DNA of 64,000 bases from an uncultured SAR86 cluster bacterium (GTDB lineage: Bacteria; Pseudomonadota; Gammaproteobacteria; Magnimaribacterales; Magnimaribacteraceae): assembly GCA_902570225.1 (NCBI GenBank), contig CACFXJ010000001.1, positions 86,780 through 150,779 on the forward strand, in the 5' to 3' direction. Of this stretch, positions 51,261-64,000 are shown piece after piece (positions within the stretch are counted from its first letter, which is position 1; each line of letters starts with the position of its first letter). A model generated the notes under the pieces. The model made no database searches, was not told the origin of the DNA, and worked only from the letters and a program-made list of their open reading frames with translations. Made by a program: the position numbers and the translations under genes.

Positions 51261-53164
51261 TCCCTGAAATAGGCCATATAATTTTAATATCTCATTTGGT
51301 TCTAAGCTTCATGGGAGGAATACTGCCACTAACAGCAATTTATTCAAAGAATGATTTTCTTTCTATCCCTACAAAGAAGTTATCTGTTTTTTTATTCTTT
51401 CTAATACTTGTGCCTTTCCTCGTATTGATCTATTCCTTTTTGATAGATGATTTCTCTGTTGCCTACGTCTCTCAAAACTCAAATATCAATTTACCAAATT
51501 ATTATAAATTAGCTGCTACCTGGGGAGCTCACGAAGGCTCTCTTTTGCTCTGGATATTGGCGATGAACGGCTGGTTGATAGCCTTTATGTTTTTTAACAA
51601 TTCTAAAGATAAAGATTACATTTCCACTGTATTTTCTATTTCTTGCCAAGTGATATTTGCCTTCTCATTATTTACACTTTTTACATCAAATCCTTTTGAA
51701 AGGATATTGCCTATCCCGCCCTTAAGTGGAGCTGATTTAAACCCTTCACTTCAAGACATTGCGTTTACTGTCCATCCACCTTTATTATATTTTGGTTATT
51801 CAGGTCTCATGATTCCTTTTGCTATATCTGTAGCAGCAATGCTCTTTAGCAAAGATACAAAAGAATGGGCCAGCAACTCTAGGCCTTGGACTCTCATGTC
51901 ATGCAGCTTTTTGACATTGGGAATAGCGTTGGGAAGCTGGTGGGCCTATTATGAGTTGGGTTGGGGAGGCTGGTGGTTTTGGGATCCAGTAGAAAACGCG
52001 GCATTCATTCCTTGGCTCCTATCTGTGGCTTTATTTCATTCTTTGATAGCTAGCGAAAACCGAGGTGTTTTTGGTAAATGGTCTATTCTTTTATCAATAT
52101 TTGCTTTTGCAACAAGCTTACTTGGTACCTTTTTGGTAAGATCTGGAATATTAACTTCAGTTCATGCCTTTGCCCTTGATCCAGAGAGAGGACTCTTTAT
52201 TTTGGGTATATTGGCCTTTTTTATAATTGGTAGTTTATTCATCTATTCAATTAAAGATTTTGAAAATGAGACAACACCTTCTTATGAATTGACCTCAAAA
52301 GAATTTGGTTTTTTACTGAACAATCTTCTCCTAGTTGTCCTTGCTGTTTCAATCTTATTTGGAACAATCTTTCCTCTTATTTATGAGGCTATTACAGATG
52401 GAAAACAAATTTCTGTTGGGGCACCATACTTTGAAGTAATCCTTTTTCCTTTCGCTTTAGCTTTAGGATTACTGCAAGGATTTGCTTTGTACCTATCTTG
52501 GGGCACTTCTTCATCTTTTAAATTTTTACCAAGATTACTTATCGAAAGTGTTTCAATCTTTGTATTGATACTTATCATCCTGTTTATTCTTTTTGATAAT
52601 TTGCATTTAACCTCTTTCGCTACAATATTTTTATCTTCTTGGATTTTGATGGGTACACTTCAAATTAATAAGAACAAAAACTTAAATTACTGGAGATTCT
52701 TAAGAAAAAGAGCTGCTGTAACTTTTGCTCATTCGGGGATGGCAATTCTCACTTTAGGTGTAGCTGTGGTTTCAAGTTATTCCATAGAGAAAGAGATAAT
52801 ACTAGCTCCTGATGATTCAGTAGAATTTGGTAATCAAACTATTCTTTTCAAAAATACAGAGGATATTATGGGGCCAAATTATTTTTCTAAATCGGCTACC
52901 ATGTCATTCAGTGATGGTTCAAATATTTCTGATGTATTGACTGAAAAGAGAACTTATTCGCCTTCAGGTCAACTTACAACTGAAGCTGGAATAAAAACAG
53001 AAATATTTCAGGATTTATATATTTCTATGGGAGATAATTTAGAGGCGGATATTTGGTCTTTTAAAGTTCAAATTAAACCATTTATCAGATGGATATGGTT
53101 GGGAGCCCTAATGATTGCAATTGGCAGTTTATTGGCTGGAATTAAAAGAGTTAGAAAAACATGA
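51257..53164 (+). CDS. ccmF: Heme lyase CcmF
   Basis: WGAHEGSLLLW, HPP, WAYYELGWGGWWFWDPVEN, SVHAF. Confidence 0.97.
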   Translation: MIPEIGHIILISHLVLSFMGGILPLTAIYSKNDFLSIPTKKLSVFLFFLILVPFLVLIYSFLIDDFSVAYVSQNSNINLPNYYKLAATWGAHEGSLLLWILAMNGWLIAFMFFNNSKDKDYISTVFSISCQVIFAFSLFTLFTSNPFERILPIPPLSGADLNPSLQDIAFTVHPPLLYFGYSGLMIPFAISVAAMLFSKDTKEWASNSRPWTLMSCSFLTLGIALGSWWAYYELGWGGWWFWDPVENAAFIPWLLSVALFHSLIASENRGVFGKWSILLSIFAFATSLLGTFLVRSGILTSVHAFALDPERGLFILGILAFFIIGSLFIYSIKDFENETTPSYELTSKEFGFLLNNLLLVVLAVSILFGTIFPLIYEAITDGKQISVGAPYFEVILFPFALALGLLQGFALYLSWGTSSSFKFLPRLLIESVSIFVLILIILFILFDNLHLTSFATIFLSSWILMGTLQINKNKNLNYWRFLRKRAAVTFAHSGMAILTLGVAVVSSYSIEKEIILAPDDSVEFGNQTILFKNTEDIMGPNYFSKSATMSFSDGSNISDVLTEKRTYSPSGQLTTEAGIKTEIFQDLYISMGDNLEADIWSFKVQIKPFIRWIWLGALMIAIGSLLAGIKRVRKT

Positions 53165-53682
53165 AAAAAGTTATTGATATATTTCCTTTAGCTATTTTTG
53201 TTGTCTTACTAATTGTGCTTTTTTCTTTTTTATCTGAAAAGGATGATCAGTTAGAAACAGCTTTGGTAGATAGTGATTTTCCAGATTTCTCTCTTTCCGC
53301 CCTCTCGAATGATAATAAAACCCTTACCAAAGAAGATATTTCTAAGCTTCCTGCCTTGATCAACGTATGGGCTACATGGTGCATAGCCTGTAGAGTAGAG
53401 CATCCTTTCTTGATGCAATTGAAGAATGAATCAGTCTTAACTATTTATGGTTTAAATTACAAAGATAATAGGACAAAAGCTCTATCTTTATTAGAAAGAG
53501 ATGGAGATCCTTACGAATTTTCAATTTATGATTTTGAAGGTAGGTTGGCGATAGATTTAGGTGTCTACGGAGCGCCTGAAACATTCTTTGTCGACAAAAA
53601 TGGTGTGATACGTGAAAGACATGTCGGAGTTGTAGACGAAACAGTTTGGGAAAAAAAGTTTGCAAAATACCTCAATGAATAA
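53161..53682 (+). CDS. ccmG: Thiol:disulfide interchange protein CcmG/DsbE
   Basis: NVWATWCIAC, GVYGAPETF. Confidence 0.94.
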   Translation: MKKVIDIFPLAIFVVLLIVLFSFLSEKDDQLETALVDSDFPDFSLSALSNDNKTLTKEDISKLPALINVWATWCIACRVEHPFLMQLKNESVLTIYGLNYKDNRTKALSLLERDGDPYEFSIYDFEGRLAIDLGVYGAPETFFVDKNGVIRERHVGVVDETVWEKKFAKYLNE

Positions 53683-54076
53683 GTTGATACCTCTATTCTT
53701 CCTCGTCTTCTCAATCGAAATATCTGGAGATGAAGAAAATAGATTAGATTTTAACAATGATGCCTATCCATTTTCTTCCGAAGCTAAAGAAACTTTATTC
53801 TATTCTCTGCTTAATGAGTTAAGGTGTCCTAAGTGCCAAAGCTCTAATCTCTCGGGTTCTAATTCTCCCATTTCAAATGATCTCAAAAGAGAAGTCTATG
53901 AGCTTGTACTAGAAGGAAATTCAACAGAACAAATTAAATCTCATTTAGTTCAAAGATATGGAAATTTTATTATTTACAACCCTCCTATTGAGCCCGCTAC
54001 ATATATTCTTTGGTTCGGTCCTTTCCTGTTGATACTTTTAGCTATCTTTATAATTTTGTTTGTTAGGAAGAGATAG
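53675..54076 (+). CDS. ccmH: Cytochrome c biogenesis protein CcmH
   Basis: LRCPKCQ, RYG.FI.Y.PP; ATG at 53675 preferred. Confidence 0.92.
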   Translation: MNKLIPLFFLVFSIEISGDEENRLDFNNDAYPFSSEAKETLFYSLLNELRCPKCQSSNLSGSNSPISNDLKREVYELVLEGNSTEQIKSHLVQRYGNFIIYNPPIEPATYILWFGPFLLILLAIFIILFVRKR

Positions 54077-54080
54077 TTAA

Positions 54081-54746
54081 GTGTTCTATTTTTATCTTTT
54101 CCTGATTTTATTTTTATCCTTTTACTTGGTTTTAGCTGATAAGAAAGATTATTTGAGATTTAACAGAAATATAGCAACCTCACTTATTGCTGCAGCTCTT
54201 TCTCTAACCCTTTATGATAAGTTCCTATCTAAAGGATCCTTTGATTTAGTTAATCAAAAACTTGCTTTGGAGATTTTTCTTAAAGGCAATACAGAATCTA
54301 AAGAAAAAGTTAGAGAAGATGTTGAAGATCTTGTAACTAATTTAGTTGCTAAAAAAGATACTCAAGCTGGGGAACTTTATATACTTGCCAGACAATTAAA
54401 AGATGTAAATGAATTTTCCCTTTCAAGGGAAGTGTATGAAGAAATCTATGATAGATTTCAAAAGGAATTAGATGGAAATGTTATTGCGGAATTTGCCCAA
54501 GTTCTATTCTTGAGTAACGAGAAAAAATTTGATGAACGCCTTAAGACAGTACTGGACGAAGCTTTGTTAAAAAATCCAAATAATCCTTCTGCTTTGACCC
54601 TAAAAGGTCTTTTTGAACTTGAAAATAATAATATCTCTTTAACGATAGATCTATGGAATCGAGCAGTACCTTTCTTAAATTCTGAAAAAGAAAGAAATGA
54701 CTTAAAGGCCCTTATAGAAGCAGTAAAAAAAAGAAAAAATCAGTAG
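54081..54746 (+). CDS. CcmI/CycH-like TPR protein (short)
   Basis: Two N-terminal TM helices, TPR-like helices (ALLKNPNNPSAL.L.G); last gene of the ccm operon. Confidence 0.65.
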   Translation: MFYFYLFLILFLSFYLVLADKKDYLRFNRNIATSLIAAALSLTLYDKFLSKGSFDLVNQKLALEIFLKGNTESKEKVREDVEDLVTNLVAKKDTQAGELYILARQLKDVNEFSLSREVYEEIYDRFQKELDGNVIAEFAQVLFLSNEKKFDERLKTVLDEALLKNPNNPSALTLKGLFELENNNISLTIDLWNRAVPFLNSEKERNDLKALIEAVKKRKNQ

Positions 54747-54855
54747 TTTCCGAAGACTTTATAGACTAAACTTTCTAAGCAAATGAAAGCTTATTTTGTT
54801 TCATTAGTGTTTTTCTTCAAGGCATTGGTTTCTTGCCCTCTAAAGGAATTTAAAT

Positions 54856-57321
54856 ATGCGACTTAATTCGATAAAGCTATCAGGCTTTAAATCATTTGTT
54901 GATCCTACATCGGTTACCTTTCCTTCAAGCATGTCTTGTATTGTTGGTCCAAATGGTTGTGGAAAATCCAATGTGATTGATGCAGTTCGTTGGGTTTTAG
55001 GTGAAAGCTCTGCCAAGAACCTGAGAAGTGATTCCATGACCGATGTTGTTTTTAATGGCTCCTCTTCAAGAAAACCAGTCTCTAAAGCCTCAGTTGAACT
55101 ATTTTTTGACAACAAGGAAGGACGTATAGGAGGAGAATTTTCTAGCTATAGTGAAATCTCTGTTCGCAGGAGCTTAGAGCTCGATGGTCAATCTAATTAC
55201 TATTTGAATGGAACCAGTTGTAGAAAAAAAGATATAACTGATGTTTTTTTAGGAACAGGTTTAGGTCCTAGATCTTATGCAATTATCGAGCAGGGAATGA
55301 TCTCGCAGCTAGTGAGTGCAAAGCCAGAAGAAATGAGAGGCTACATAGAAGAAGTTGCTGGTATTTCTAGATATTTAGAAAGAAAAAAAGAAACAGAGTC
55401 ACGTATAAAGAGAACGAAAGAAAACCTATCGAGATTAGAAGATTTAAGAGAAGAAATTTCTCGATTGCTCTTTAAGCTTCAAAGGCAGGCCAAAGCTGCA
55501 GAAAAGTATCATGAACTTAGAAAAGATGAGACTAAAGCTCAGTTAATGCTTTTGGGTTCTAAGTGGAGAGACGTCTCTTCACTACTTGTGGCTAAAGAAA
55601 AGGAAGTTAAGGATCAAGAACTTAAGGTAGAGGAGATTAATTCTCAAAAAAATACCTCTGATAGCGAGATCATTAAATTGAGAGCTAAACAGATTGAACT
55701 TCAAACTGCGCTAGATAAAGTCCAACAAGAGTTTTATAGTTTTGGTGCTGATATATCTAGGACGGAACAAGAAATCTCTTTGAAAAAAGACAGAGTTAAT
55801 GAGATAGCTGAAAAGATATCAACTAATAAGATACAAATTGATACTAGGAACAGAGAAATTGAAAAACTGAGTGAAAATAAGTCCTCAGCACAATTAGAAA
55901 TCAACGCTATAGAAGATGAATTAAAGTCACTAAAAGAGAATACTGATGGTCCTGATACTGCTGAAGCTGAAAAGATTGAAGGATTGTGGCTTATTTTCAT
56001 TACAGAAACTAAAGATATATTGAATAATATTGTTAATTCAATAGGTTCAATTAAATCTAAATTATCCAATAACGATTCTGTAGATGATGACTTACGAAAG
56101 ATCGAGTCACTACAAAATGATCTGAAGAAACTTGAAACTGAACCAAATAAATTGACCAAGCTTACCCAAGATTTTTTAATCAATGCGTCTGAAGGAGCAA
56201 AGCAACAGAGAATCAATTTAATAGAAAAAACAGATAAATATGCAGAGCTTCAAGCCAAATTGGCTTCTATGAACTCAGAAGATTCTCATATCAGTACTAA
56301 ACTTCAAGACCTTACTCAAGAAAATAGAGATCTAGAAGAAGAATCAAAAGAGTTAACTCAACCGATAAATGAAATTCAAGAAAAGCTTGATCAACTATTA
56401 TCCGACAGGCTCAAAGTCGAAGAGAATTTGTTGGAGTCAAGAAAGGCTATAGAAGAATGCAATGCCTCCATACATAAGATAGAAAGAGAAAAGATAGAAA
56501 AGGAACAGGCTGCTATCACCTTAAGAGAACTTCTCGAAAATCTTAGATTGGAAAGACAGGCATCCAAGATTGAACAGAATAATATTGAGAAACAGGTTGA
56601 AGAGCTCGAGGGCGATCTTTCGAAAATAAAAAATGAATTGGTAGATGATAAATCTGTGGAAAGTTATTCTGCTGACTTAGAAGCTATTGAGCTAAAGATT
56701 TCTAGACTTGGAGCGATCAATTTAGCTGCCATGGAAGAATATGATCAAGAATCAAAAAGAAAAGAGTTGCTTGATGAACAGCATAATGAGCTTATGCAAG
56801 CTCTAGAGACACTTGAAAGGGCCATAACCAAAATAGATAAAGAAACTAGAACAACCTTCAAAGATACTTTTGATAAATTAAATCAAAGCTTATCTCAATC
56901 ATTTCCAAAATTATTCGGAGGAGGTCATGCAGAGTTAGTAATGTTAGGAGATGATCTTTTAACTTGTGGTATTGGTATTTCAGCAAGACCGCCTGGAAAG
57001 AAGAATGCTAGCGTTTCTCAATTATCAGGAGGTGAAAAGGCTCTAACTGCTATAGCAACTGTTTTTGCTTTCTTTGAATTAAATCCTGCTCCCTTTTGTT
57101 TACTTGATGAGGTTGATGCTCCTTTAGATGATCTCAATACTATGAGATTTATTGACTTGGTTGATGAAATGTCTCAAAGAGTACAATTTGTTTATATCAC
57201 ACATAATAAAATCTCTATGGAAAAAAGTAAGCATCTAATGGGCGTTACGATGCAAGAACCGGGAGTGTCCAGAATGGTCGCGGTTGATGTCGATCAAGCA
57301 GTAGAAATGGCTGCAAGTTAA
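54856..57321 (+). CDS. smc: Chromosome segregation SMC ATPase, unusually short (821 aa)
   Basis: GFKSF, GPNGCGKSN, LSGGEK, LDEVDAPLD, ITHNK; smc-zipA-ligA order. Confidence 0.9.
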   Translation: MRLNSIKLSGFKSFVDPTSVTFPSSMSCIVGPNGCGKSNVIDAVRWVLGESSAKNLRSDSMTDVVFNGSSSRKPVSKASVELFFDNKEGRIGGEFSSYSEISVRRSLELDGQSNYYLNGTSCRKKDITDVFLGTGLGPRSYAIIEQGMISQLVSAKPEEMRGYIEEVAGISRYLERKKETESRIKRTKENLSRLEDLREEISRLLFKLQRQAKAAEKYHELRKDETKAQLMLLGSKWRDVSSLLVAKEKEVKDQELKVEEINSQKNTSDSEIIKLRAKQIELQTALDKVQQEFYSFGADISRTEQEISLKKDRVNEIAEKISTNKIQIDTRNREIEKLSENKSSAQLEINAIEDELKSLKENTDGPDTAEAEKIEGLWLIFITETKDILNNIVNSIGSIKSKLSNNDSVDDDLRKIESLQNDLKKLETEPNKLTKLTQDFLINASEGAKQQRINLIEKTDKYAELQAKLASMNSEDSHISTKLQDLTQENRDLEEESKELTQPINEIQEKLDQLLSDRLKVEENLLESRKAIEECNASIHKIEREKIEKEQAAITLRELLENLRLERQASKIEQNNIEKQVEELEGDLSKIKNELVDDKSVESYSADLEAIELKISRLGAINLAAMEEYDQESKRKELLDEQHNELMQALETLERAITKIDKETRTTFKDTFDKLNQSLSQSFPKLFGGGHAELVMLGDDLLTCGIGISARPPGKKNASVSQLSGGEKALTAIATVFAFFELNPAPFCLLDEVDAPLDDLNTMRFIDLVDEMSQRVQFVYITHNKISMEKSKHLMGVTMQEPGVSRMVAVDVDQAVEMAAS

Positions 57322-57322
57322 T

Positions 57323-60009
<2,687 letters not shown>

Positions 60010-60612
60010 ATGCGAAATTCATTCATTCTTTTTCTAAGCTTGCTTTATTTTGCTGGATGCGCTTCTAATAGTCCTCCGAGCACCACAACAGATGTCTGTA
60101 AGATTTTTAAAGAAAGGTATAGTTGGTATAAAGCTGCAAAGAAAACAGAAAAGAGATGGAAAATTCCTGTTTATGTCTCAATGGCCATAATTAAACAAGA
60201 ATCAAGTTTTATAGCAGACGCTAGACCAGAAAGAACTAAATTACTCGGCTTTATTCCATGGAAAAGAGTTACTAGTGCTAGAGGTTATGCTCAGGCTGTA
60301 GACGGTACGTGGGAGATGTATCTTAAAGACAGGGGAGGATGGTTTTCGAGCAGAAATGATTTTGAAGATTCAGTAGATTTTGTTGGTTGGTATAACTACA
60401 AAACGCATAAGCAACTTCGTATTCCACTTACAGATGCCAGAAATCTTTATCTTGCTTATCACGAAGGAAGAGGAGGGTACAAAAAAGGAAGCTACAGAAC
60501 TAAACCTTGGCTCCTATCTGTTGCTGATAAGGTTCAAAGGCAGTCAGATAGATATAGAGTTCAGTACAATAGTTGTAAGAAAAAATTAGGAAAAAGATTC
60601 TTTTTTTTCTAA
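60010..60612 (+). CDS. Transglycosylase SLT-like lipoprotein
   Basis: Lipobox FAGC; QESSF, SA.GYAQA.DGTW, YLAYHEG. Confidence 0.8.
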   Translation: MRNSFILFLSLLYFAGCASNSPPSTTTDVCKIFKERYSWYKAAKKTEKRWKIPVYVSMAIIKQESSFIADARPERTKLLGFIPWKRVTSARGYAQAVDGTWEMYLKDRGGWFSSRNDFEDSVDFVGWYNYKTHKQLRIPLTDARNLYLAYHEGRGGYKKGSYRTKPWLLSVADKVQRQSDRYRVQYNSCKKKLGKRFFFF

Positions 60613-60621
60613 AATTAGACT

Positions 60622-61149
60622 ATGGAATTTCATATTAAACTATTCTTAATAACCTTAACTTTTCTAGGTCTTAGTGCTTGTGCAAGCTCTTTAGCTGTCC
60701 AATCAGATTTTGATACTCAATATAATCTATCCTCGTACAAAACATTCTCTGTTATTGCTCCTTCTCTTGAAGATCAAGAGAGTGAAATCAGTATCAATCC
60801 AATTTTGATTCAGAGAATAGCTAGATCAATTGAATCTACTTTATTAAATAAAGGTCTTTCTAAATCTGATGATTCCCAAGTGAGTGTTAGATTCTATCTT
60901 GGATCTAAAAGAGAGATTGAGAGATCTTCAGATTTAGGCGGTTTTGGTTATTATGGCTACAGGTATTTCGATTCAAGAGATCAAAGATATATCAGATCTG
61001 ATAATGATGAGATAGCAATTAGAGTTTACGACAATGAAACAGGAGATGTTATTTGGTACGCCTTTACTAGATTGAAAAGACCTAGTGAACAATATAATCA
61101 ATCAAGCGTCGATTCTCTTGTTGGAGAAATACTCTCGAGCTTTAATTAA
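60622..61149 (+). CDS. Lipoprotein, DUF4136-like
   Basis: Lipobox LSAC; DFD....SSYKTF; YD...G.VIW. Confidence 0.65.
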   Translation: MEFHIKLFLITLTFLGLSACASSLAVQSDFDTQYNLSSYKTFSVIAPSLEDQESEISINPILIQRIARSIESTLLNKGLSKSDDSQVSVRFYLGSKREIERSSDLGGFGYYGYRYFDSRDQRYIRSDNDEIAIRVYDNETGDVIWYAFTRLKRPSEQYNQSSVDSLVGEILSSFN

Positions 61150-62896
61150 ATCTATTTGGAGATAAAGATTCTAATTCTCTCTTTTCAAGAGGAGGAGCTT
61201 TTCCTGATATAAGACTACAAACTATGTCAGCACAAATTGGGGCAGTTACTGAAGCTCGTGATCCGTGACATGTATTAACAAAAACCCTACCTTGATTACC
61301 TACAACCGGCATATGATCCTTTGAGACAGCCCTAAACCCAACCTTACCCGTCTTAATTTCTGCTTGTGCATTATTAATGACTTTTAAGTTTTCCAGATTA
61401 TGTTGATGCTCTTCCTCTAAGACATCTAATGTATCGATATCACTATAACTAGAACCCACTACATGTATATTATTAATCTCAGGTGAAATATATCCTTTCC
61501 CACAAATTGGCAAATTGATGTCTGAAAATATATGTCTACTATTTATATGTGTTACTTGTCCTCTTTTTTTACTGAATCCTTCTAATTTATATAATTTTTC
61601 TGTATCACTACCAGCACATAAGCAAACAAAATCATATTTTTTTGTTTGATCATTAATAATCAAAGAGACTTTATCTCCTGACTCTATAACTTTTTTGATA
61701 GTTGTAGATAATTGTAAATTTATTTTTGGATGTTCAATTAACTCTTCACAAATTTGTTTAGGTAAAATGTATCCCGCATCTCTATACAACATTGCAGGAG
61801 TGGTTATTTCTATACCTGCTACCCGAGAAGCTTCTTTGGAGTCAAGGGCTTCAAAAAAAGTCTTATCGTTCCTACTTTGTATCAGTGAATCTTGCTTCTT
61901 ATTTGAATCAGAATCATGGTTTAAAACCAAAACACCAGTTTGTTGCCATGCTGATGTTTGAAGGCTCTCATAAAAATTTGTTGCAAATACATAGGCGTGT
62001 AAATTAAACCTTCCGTAAGGGGTATCGTGTGCAGATAATCTTGGATAAGTAACCAATAATTCGTGTGAGGATGCACCAGAACATATGTCTTCCTCTTGCT
62101 CATAAAGATCTACTTCAATACCTTGCTTGGAAAGAAAATAGCTTACAGTACAACCGGCTATTCCCGACCCTATTACAGCTACTTTTAATCCTTTTATAGA
62201 TGCCTTTTCTTTTCTTGAACTTGAAAGGCCTTTAAGCATATGTCTCTTATGCGAAAATCCTTTGACTTTCTTATAACTAAAACCTGCATCTTTCAGATTC
62301 TTTTTAACATACCCTGAAGATGAATAAGTTGAAAAGGTTGAATTAGCATGACAGCTATTATTGATTTTTGAAAATAATTGTTTTGTCCAAAGTTCGGGGT
62401 TCTTGGAAGGCGAAAATCCATCAAAAAACCAAGCATCAACAGTATCAATCTGTTCAAGATAAGTCTCTGTAGTAGCAATATCACCCAGTATCAAGTTCAA
62501 TATAATTCTACCTTTAAAAAGACTTATTCTTTGGATGCCCTCTATATTTTTTGGGTAATTACTTTCATATTCAAGTATATATTCAGATAATTCAGTATGA
62601 GCGCTTACTATTTTTTTGAAATGTTCAGGTTTAAAAAGATATTTATCAAAAGAATAGAATTCTAACCTCTGATTATCACTTGTATGTTTGAGCCATTCAG
62701 AGCAAGTTGTGATGAAATTTATTCCTACACCAAATCCCAATTCACCTATAAAAAATGTAGCGTTCTGCTTAAGTTCTTTAAACCTGTTTGTTAAATTGTT
62801 TCCCTCTATAAAAACATGTTTGCATTCTTCTACAGCACCTTTTAAGGAAGAGTAAAAATCGTCGTACTCCTCTGAAAAAAGATTTTCTTCTCTCAA
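61142..62896 (-). CDS. mnmC: Bifunctional mnm5s2U34 methyltransferase / FAD oxidoreductase
   Basis: YDDFY, ELGFG.G.NF, DAWFFDGFSP.KNP.LW, GSGIAG, HGSR; start uncertain (TTG). Confidence 0.9.
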   Translation of the reverse strand: MREENLFSEEYDDFYSSLKGAVEECKHVFIEGNNLTNRFKELKQNATFFIGELGFGVGINFITTCSEWLKHTSDNQRLEFYSFDKYLFKPEHFKKIVSAHTELSEYILEYESNYPKNIEGIQRISLFKGRIILNLILGDIATTETYLEQIDTVDAWFFDGFSPSKNPELWTKQLFSKINNSCHANSTFSTYSSSGYVKKNLKDAGFSYKKVKGFSHKRHMLKGLSSSRKEKASIKGLKVAVIGSGIAGCTVSYFLSKQGIEVDLYEQEEDICSGASSHELLVTYPRLSAHDTPYGRFNLHAYVFATNFYESLQTSAWQQTGVLVLNHDSDSNKKQDSLIQSRNDKTFFEALDSKEASRVAGIEITTPAMLYRDAGYILPKQICEELIEHPKINLQLSTTIKKVIESGDKVSLIINDQTKKYDFVCLCAGSDTEKLYKLEGFSKKRGQVTHINSRHIFSDINLPICGKGYISPEINNIHVVGSSYSDIDTLDVLEEEHQHNLENLKVINNAQAEIKTGKVGFRAVSKDHMPVVGNQGRVFVNTCHGSRASVTAPICADIVCSLISGKAPPLEKRELESLSPNRFN

Positions 62897-62938
62897 AGAA
62901 AAAGGCGCATACTCAGAGTTTAAAAAAGAGTATGCGCC
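62895..62938 (-). terminator. Intrinsic terminator downstream of the acyl-CoA dehydrogenase
   Basis: 11-bp inverted repeat GGCGCATACTC/GAGTATGCGCC with a U-rich tail on the minus strand. Confidence 0.7.
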
Positions 62939-62954
62939 AGATTGAAGGTTTTCT

Positions 62955-64000
62955 TTATTTATTTCCTGTAGGTATTTCGTTAAAGGGTAGACCTTTATCT
63001 GCTCTCATATCTTGAGGCATGCCTAGAACCTGTTCTGAAATAATATTTTTTAAAATTTCATCAGTACCGCCAGCAATTCTTATTCCAGCAGCTCCATAGA
63101 ATCCGTACTGATACATGGACTGCTCAGCACCTTCTTCATCGCTTCTTAAAATACCGGCTGAATCAAGCATATCTAGACCAAAGTTAGCTATTTCTTGAAG
63201 TTTGTTTCCACTAACTATTTTTGTAATAGAAGATTGTGGACCAGGAGTCTCACCTCTAGACAATGCTGAAATATTTCTATATTTAGCATATTTCAGACCA
63301 CTTTGTTGGCAATACCAATCAGCAAGCTTTTCTCTGACCGCATCATTTTCAATTGCAAGTTTTCCATTTAAGTCTTGACCTCTTGCTAGTGAAAAAGCTT
63401 CTTCAAAGTCTGGACCTGAAGCATCTCCAACAGCTAGTCTTTCATTCATGAGCGTAGTGAGTGAAACTTTCCAGCCGTCACCAATTGCCCCTAATCTTTG
63501 AGAATCAGGTATTTTTACGTCTGTAAAGTACACTTCATTAAAATTTGCTCCTCCAGAAATCTGTTTGATTGGTTTCACCTCTATTCCTGGAGACTTCATA
63601 TCAACAAAGAAAAACGTCAGTCCTTTATGTTTCGCTACAGTAGGGTCACTTCTTGTAACTAATATGCCGTAATCGCTAAAATGAGCACCTGATGTCCAAA
63701 CTTTTTGACCATTAATTGTCCAAGTATCTCCATCAAGCTCAGCTTTAGTTTTAATCCCAGCTACGTCAGAACCAGCCGCAGGCTCACTAAAAAGTTGACA
63801 CCAAATTTCTTCACCAGTTGCTAAAGGTGGGAGATATCTTTCTTTTTGTTCTTCAGTTGCGTACATCATCATGACCGGTCCTGCCATTCCTTGACCAATT
63901 TCAAGATATCCGCCTGGTACTTTGAATTTGGAGACTTCTTGACCCCATATTACTCTCTCAATTGGAGTAGATTCTCTACCACCGTATTCTTTAGGCCAAT
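62955..64000 (-). CDS. Acyl-CoA dehydrogenase (5' end beyond window)
   Basis: WCQLFSEP.AGSD, NGQKVWTS, FNEVYF, I.GGT.EI.KNI. Confidence 0.92.
   Translation of the reverse strand, partial: WPKEYGGRESTPIERVIWGQEVSKFKVPGGYLEIGQGMAGPVMMMYATEEQKERYLPPLATGEEIWCQLFSEPAAGSDVAGIKTKAELDGDTWTINGQKVWTSGAHFSDYGILVTRSDPTVAKHKGLTFFFVDMKSPGIEVKPIKQISGGANFNEVYFTDVKIPDSQRLGAIGDGWKVSLTTLMNERLAVGDASGPDFEEAFSLARGQDLNGKLAIENDAVREKLADWYCQQSGLKYAKYRNISALSRGETPGPQSSITKIVSGNKLQEIANFGLDMLDSAGILRSDEEGAEQSMYQYGFYGAAGIRIAGGTDEILKNIISEQVLGMPQDMRADKGLPFNEIPTGNK

Overview
This is a low-GC (roughly 35% by eye), densely packed chromosomal segment. Gene content and order (folC-dedD-cvpA-purF, acnB, ppiB-lpxH, cysS, uvrB, mltF/purL, alaS-lysC, ccmA-I, smc-zipA-ligA, mnmC) indicate a gammaproteobacterium. 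Tiny intergenic spaces, shortened proteins and TonB receptors suggest a streamlined marine lineage such as SAR86 (inference). It carries three tRNAs (Asn-GTT, Ser-GCT, Arg-CCT), umuDC under a perfect LexA box, a Fur-boxed TonB receptor, and a SAM-II riboswitch with a visible terminator/antiterminator before metY. No prophage, IS element or CRISPR array was seen. The most notable observations are: (1) an 821-aa SMC at the canonical smc-zipA-ligA locus with short arms and no recognisable hinge; (2) a sulfotransferase + mini APS-kinase + mini HxGH nucleotidyltransferase operon that may be a minimal PAPS/sulfation module; (3) two structured 3'-UTR regions with C-rich anti-Shine-Dalgarno loops; (4) an NrdR-like box at purL; (5) an amber-interrupted membrane gene where csrA would be expected; (6) a GluRS in the glnS slot; and (7) +1 homopolymer frameshifts in purL and hemH. 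Product calls come from motif recognition and remembered synteny, not database searches.
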